DNA of 10,529 nucleotides from the NCBI GenBank assembly GCA_041178085.1, contig JBEGVZ010000052.1:1-10529 (forward strand), given 5' to 3'. The notes beneath the pieces were generated by a model, which saw nothing but the letters and a program-made list of their open reading frames with translations, searched no databases and was not told the origin of the DNA. Positions 6,478 to 10,529 of this stretch are shown here, in pieces; position 1 is the first letter of the stretch, and every line of letters begins with the position of its first letter. Source of the DNA: Pseudomonadota bacterium. GTDB lineage: Bacteria; Bdellovibrionota_B; Oligoflexia; Oligoflexales; RGVZ01. Made by a program: the position numbers and the translations under genes.

Positions 6478-8062
6478 GCTTGCGCTCCGGTCCGCGTTCA
6501 CGTTTGCCCTTCGATGCGTTCAGCCCGGCGATAAGATGTGCGCGGGTTTCCTCGGGCATGATCACGGCGTCAATATAGCCTTTTGCGGCTGCAATGTAAG
6601 GATTGGCGAATTTTTCTGCGTATTCGATTGTCAGCTCTTGACGCCGGGAAACCGGATCCTTGGCAGCCGCGATTTCCGCGCGGAAGATGATGTTGCAGGC
6701 CCCTTGCGCCCCCATGACAGCGATCTCTGCCGTTGGCCAGGCCAGGTTCAGGTCGGCGCCAATGTGTTTGCTGCTCATCACGTCGTAGGCACCGCCGTAG
6801 GCCTTGCGCGTGATCACGGTCAATTTCGGGACCGTCGCTTCGCAGTAGGCATAAAGCAATTTCGCGCCGTGACGGATGATGCCATTTTTTTCTTGTGCGC
6901 TGCCCGGCAGGAAGCCTGGCACGTCGACCAGAGTGACCAGCGGAATGTTGAAGGCGTCGCAGAAGCGGACAAATCTGGCGCCTTTGGTCGAGCTGTCGAT
7001 GTCCAGGACACCGGCCAGGTGGGCAGGGTTGTTGGCGACCACGCCCACCACGGTCCCGTTCAGGCGGGCAAAACCCGTAATAATATGCGGCGCAAACTCA
7101 GCCTTGGTTTCAAGGAAGGAACCGGGATCAAAGATGCCGTTGATCACATCCACCATCGCGTAGGGATGATTGGGATTGTCGGGGATGATGGACATGAGTT
7201 TCCGGGCGCCATCCTCAACCTGGCGATGCCACTCGGGCTGATCTTCCTTGCCAGGAACAGCTTCGCCGGGCGCCCCGTCCAGGTTGTTTGCGGGCAGATA
7301 GGAAAGCAGGGTCCGGATTCCAGTCAGTGCATCTGCATCGCTCTCGTAAACGCCATCGGCCACACCGCTTTTGCTGGCGTGGGTATGGGCACCGCCCAGG
7401 TCCTCAAAGGAGATCTGTTCCCCAGTCACGGTTTTGATCACATCCGGGCCGGTGATGAACATGTGGCTGGTCTGGTCTACCATGAAAACAAAGTCAGTCA
7501 TGGCTGGCGAGTAAACGGCTCCACCTGCGCAAGGTCCCATGATCAGGGATATCTGAGGGATCACGCCAGAGGCCCGCACATTGCGGTAAAAAATCTCGGC
7601 ATATCCCCCAAGGCTGGCAACACCCTCTTGTATCCGAGCGCCCCCGGAATCGTTGATGCCGATGACAGGTGCCCCATTTTTCAGCGCAAGGTCCATGATT
7701 TTGCAAATTTTGCGCGCATAAGTTTCTGACAGGCTGCCGCCAAAAACAGTGAAGTCCTGCGAGAAAACGTACACGGGGCGTCCGTCGATGGTGCCGGAAC
7801 CGGTGATGACCCCGTCGCCAAGGATCTTCTTCTCGGCCATGCCAAAGTCCTGGCATTGGTGGACGGCAAAGGCGTCGAATTCCATGAAGCTGCCTGGATC
7901 AAGCAGGAATTCAATGCGCTCCCGCGCGGTCATCTTGCCCTTTGCGCGATGGGCTGCAAGGCGCTCCGCGCCGCCTGCCAGCAGGGCAGTTTCGCGCATT
8001 TTTTTTAATCTATCCCTGGGGGATTCCGGCTTTTTCGTTGCGGCAGTCTTATTGTCTGTCAT
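6458..8062 (-). CDS. pccB: Acyl-CoA carboxylase carboxyltransferase (beta) subunit, PccB / methylmalonyl-CoA carboxyltransferase family
   Basis: [63 protein letters not shown] and C-terminal KHGNIPL. Start is ATG 8062 or 8074. Confidence 0.93.
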   Translation of the reverse strand: MTDNKTAATKKPESPRDRLKKMRETALLAGGAERLAAHRAKGKMTARERIEFLLDPGSFMEFDAFAVHQCQDFGMAEKKILGDGVITGSGTIDGRPVYVFSQDFTVFGGSLSETYARKICKIMDLALKNGAPVIGINDSGGARIQEGVASLGGYAEIFYRNVRASGVIPQISLIMGPCAGGAVYSPAMTDFVFMVDQTSHMFITGPDVIKTVTGEQISFEDLGGAHTHASKSGVADGVYESDADALTGIRTLLSYLPANNLDGAPGEAVPGKEDQPEWHRQVEDGARKLMSIIPDNPNHPYAMVDVINGIFDPGSFLETKAEFAPHIITGFARLNGTVVGVVANNPAHLAGVLDIDSSTKGARFVRFCDAFNIPLVTLVDVPGFLPGSAQEKNGIIRHGAKLLYAYCEATVPKLTVITRKAYGGAYDVMSSKHIGADLNLAWPTAEIAVMGAQGACNIIFRAEIAAAKDPVSRRQELTIEYAEKFANPYIAAAKGYIDAVIMPEETRAHLIAGLNASKGKRERGPERKHGNIPL

Positions 8063-8107
8063 TTTGCCATCCATCCAGTTGACTCAAAGGACCAAACTTA
8101 CTTCTCA

Positions 8108-8893
8108 TCAATCGAGCACAAGCCTGCCCGGATAATCGCGCCAGAAATCGCTGGTCAGCACCCGGTTTGCAGGGACATTCCATTGCGGTGCGGCAAGGCT
8201 GGCGGATTTTTCGGGCAGTGCCCGCAAGGTTTCGACGCCGCTTTTTGTCCTTGTCCAGATCAACCGGCCGTTGGTGGTTTCCACCAGCCAAAGAGAATAC
8301 GTCACGGAGCGGGAGACTGCGACAAGCCCGCGGTCGTTGAACTTGTCATCTTCCGCAGCCAGCAGGACTGGGAAGAGCACCGCGTCCGCATGCTTCTGGG
8401 TGTCACTGAAACGTGACAGCCACATCTGCCATGCGGCATTCCCGGCAAGAGCTTGTTCATAGATTCTTGCCGCGCTGCCGCAGAACGGGTCTTTCTTTGA
8501 TTTGCAGCCTGACTTGCGTCCTGCTTCGACCATCATGGCAAACCCCTCGCTCACGGCGCTGGGCCATTTGGCTTGTTCCAGAAGTTTATCCACCACCTTT
8601 GAACTGAAACCGCGCATGTAAGGTTGGGCGCGGAATCCATCCATGACGGCTTCATCAAGGCGGTCGCAAAGCCACTTGCGATCTGCTGGATTGGCCACGG
8701 TATCTGTCACGGCAGGCCATTGCTGACAGCCAAGAACGGCTGTCCGTGCCGGAACATGACTGGCGAAGCCTGGTTGGAGCCCGTCAATGGCTTTCGATGA
8801 AAAAGTAAGACAAGATCCAAGCACGCCGGCTGTCATCAGGACCACGCAGACGGCTATAAAAATTCGCTTTGGTTGTCTTTGATCAGCTCTCAT
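8108..8893 (-). CDS. Hypothetical lipoprotein (about 261 aa), possibly LpoB/CsgG/DUF799-like fold
   Basis: ATG 8893 with AGGA upstream overlaps the trmH stop. Basic-hydrophobic signal with lipobox LGS-C. ADAVLF...YSLWLVETTNGRLIW resembles the strand motif of that fold family (inference). Confidence 0.8.
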   Translation of the reverse strand: MRADQRQPKRIFIAVCVVLMTAGVLGSCLTFSSKAIDGLQPGFASHVPARTAVLGCQQWPAVTDTVANPADRKWLCDRLDEAVMDGFRAQPYMRGFSSKVVDKLLEQAKWPSAVSEGFAMMVEAGRKSGCKSKKDPFCGSAARIYEQALAGNAAWQMWLSRFSDTQKHADAVLFPVLLAAEDDKFNDRGLVAVSRSVTYSLWLVETTNGRLIWTRTKSGVETLRALPEKSASLAAPQWNVPANRVLTSDFWRDYPGRLVLD

Positions 8894-9596
8894 GTCGGTG
8901 TCCTGCCCGTAATTTTTCAAGCTGCGATTCCCAGGACCGCATTTGCTTGCATGCCCAGGCGCTCAGTAGCTGGTTTCGTTCCCCGGGTGGTAACAGGTAG
9001 CGCTCGTCACCCAAAGCAAGTCTTGCCTTACGGGTGAGCTGGCTCAGGGTCACTGCAGCTGACACGGAAATGTTCAAGCTTTCGACCAGTCCGACCATCG
9101 GGATTGTAAAAGGAATGTCGATCCATTGGCGCCATTCGCTGGAAACCCCCTCGTGCTCGTTTCCGAATACCACGGCAACTGGTCTGTCGACCGGCAGGTC
9201 GAACATGGAAACCTTTGCGTCCGGATAGCCGGCGGCCAGAACAAAACCCGCGTCACGAAGCTCTTTCACGCAACCCGCAACGGTGTCGTGGCGGCGTATG
9301 TCCAGCCAATCGGCGACGCCTTTGGCGACGGTCGACGGACGAAACTTTTCCTTCAGGCAGACAACATCCACCGAGGACAGGCCAAAGGCCTCCGCCGAGC
9401 GCAGGCACGCAGAGACATTATGCGGGTGATGGATGTCCTGGATTACGAGTCTTATGTGACGTGTACGGTTGCTAGCCGCTTTCAGCAAGCGTTCCCGGCG
9501 CTGGGCAGTCATGGACGGGGAAAGAAGATCCCACGCATCACCGGGGAAAGCTGAGTGAGGAGTGATTGACGTCTCAGTGGGCTCTTGGTCGTTCAA
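8883..9596 (-). CDS. trmH: SpoU/TrmH-family RNA methyltransferase, probable tRNA (Gm18)-2'-O-methyltransferase
   Basis: SPOUT motifs DIHHPHNVSACLRSAEAFG, AVVFGNEHEGVS and IPMVGLVESLNISVSAA, plus TrmH-type N- and C-terminal helices. TTG start lies 2 nt after the upstream stop; the start position is uncertain. Confidence 0.9.
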   Translation of the reverse strand: MNDQEPTETSITPHSAFPGDAWDLLSPSMTAQRRERLLKAASNRTRHIRLVIQDIHHPHNVSACLRSAEAFGLSSVDVVCLKEKFRPSTVAKGVADWLDIRRHDTVAGCVKELRDAGFVLAAGYPDAKVSMFDLPVDRPVAVVFGNEHEGVSSEWRQWIDIPFTIPMVGLVESLNISVSAAVTLSQLTRKARLALGDERYLLPPGERNQLLSAWACKQMRSWESQLEKLRAGHRHES

Positions 9597-9598
9597 GG

Positions 9599-10441
9599 TC
9601 AGACTGTTTCACTTTCTTGATTGGTAACGGTGCTGGCAATGGTGACTGGGGCCGCATTGCCGGCGGATTCCGTGGTATCGGCGCTATCGACTTCTACGAG
9701 AGACTTGCCAATAGCTTCCAAAGCGGTTCCAACTTGCTCGCCAAGGGTCATCCTGGCAACCGTCTCAGGGCGCATGCGCTTCTTCTCGGTGAGGGTCCAC
9801 GAGGACAAGTCGCGCAAGGCATGTTCCCAGTTGGTGTTTCGCTCTTCGGCCATTTCTTTGAGGCTGCGCATGCTCTGATACAAGCGGTCAAGCTGGGCAT
9901 TCCGCCTTTTGAAGGTCGCCATTTCATCGAGTCGGCTCTGCAAGCCCGAAAGACGGGCCTGGGCGTCCTTCAAATTGTCGCGAAGTTTCTGGTTTTCCTG
10001 CTGAAGTTCGACATTCACAGGTGCTTCAACTTCCTTTACGACCGGTGCACGCGCGGACAGCATGGCAATCTGTTCGTTGGCTGATTCCAGCTGCGCGATG
10101 AATTGATCACGTTCAAATACCATTCGCTTTCGCGCCTGGGCGGCATCGGCTTCAAGCTGGCTGGCCCGCGCTTCGGCGCTGGCAGAGGCTTTGCGCGCCT
10201 GATCGATGGCTTCGCGGGCGGTGCCTGCGGTTTCACGTAACCCTTCAAATTCAGCCTGCAGTGCCATCAGCTCCGCCTTGAGCTGCTGGTTCTCGCGCCT
10301 CAACGCTTCAAAGCCTGCGGCACCTTGCGCCAGCAGCGTTTCGCTGGTCTGGGACTTCCGCCACAGGTACCAGCTCAGCAGGCCAAGTAAAGCCGTCGTG
10401 ATTGATGCCATGTAGGCGAAAGGCGTGATTTGCAGTTTCAC
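9599..10441 (-). CDS. Hypothetical membrane-anchored coiled-coil protein (280 aa)
   Basis: SD GGAGGT before GTG. One N-terminal hydrophobic helix followed by WRK, then long E/Q/R/A/L-rich heptad stretches. Confidence 0.88.
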   Translation of the reverse strand: MKLQITPFAYMASITTALLGLLSWYLWRKSQTSETLLAQGAAGFEALRRENQQLKAELMALQAEFEGLRETAGTAREAIDQARKASASAEARASQLEADAAQARKRMVFERDQFIAQLESANEQIAMLSARAPVVKEVEAPVNVELQQENQKLRDNLKDAQARLSGLQSRLDEMATFKRRNAQLDRLYQSMRSLKEMAEERNTNWEHALRDLSSWTLTEKKRMRPETVARMTLGEQVGTALEAIGKSLVEVDSADTTESAGNAAPVTIASTVTNQESETV

Positions 10442-10461
10442 GGATTGCGACCTCCCCGGAG

Positions 10462-10529
10462 TTACTCCGGCATTTCGGCGTTGTGGTAAACGTTCTGGAC
10501 GTCGTCGTTGTCTTCTAACAGGTCGACCA
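10462..10529 (-). CDS. yebC: YebC/PmpR (TACO1) family protein, C-terminal end only
   Basis: Hand translation ...VDLLEDNDDVQNVYHNAEMPE* matches the family C-terminal signature LE..DDVQ.VY.N. Confidence 0.92.
   Translation of the reverse strand, partial: VDLLEDNDDVQNVYHNAEMPE

Noticed and set aside
5353..7729. Long plus-strand ORFs (320 aa, 446 aa) and similar ones at 892, 3100, 4358 and 9566
   Set aside because: These are antisense shadows of conserved genes, expected from GC-rich codon bias. They have no motifs or SD support.
1..10529. Mobile element, prophage, defence system, tRNA/rRNA or riboswitch
   Set aside because: No integrase, transposase or nuclease motifs, terminal repeats or recognisable RNA structures were seen. 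Intergenic gaps are short. A covariance-model (Rfam) search was not possible.

Overview
Mostly housekeeping bacterial DNA. The gene styles suggest Bdellovibrionota/Oligoflexia or a related deltaproteobacterium, but this is inference only. A long, tightly packed minus-strand run encodes yebC (3' end), a membrane-anchored coiled-coil protein, trmH, a lipoprotein, a three-gene biotin-dependent acyl-CoA (probably propionyl-CoA) carboxylase (CT, BC, BCCP), pgpA, a group I truncated hemoglobin and a small secreted Cys protein. This run converges, at a perfect hairpin terminator, with the only credible plus-strand gene: an orphan 414-aa lipoprotein with 21 Cys. That gene lies behind a near-perfect sigma28/FliA promoter (TAAAGTTT-N12-GCCGATAA). 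Divergent from it on the minus strand are greB, an 84-aa lipoprotein and the 5' part of ndk. I see no RNA genes, mobile elements or CRISPR arrays. The FliA-driven Cys-rich lipoprotein is the most notable item.
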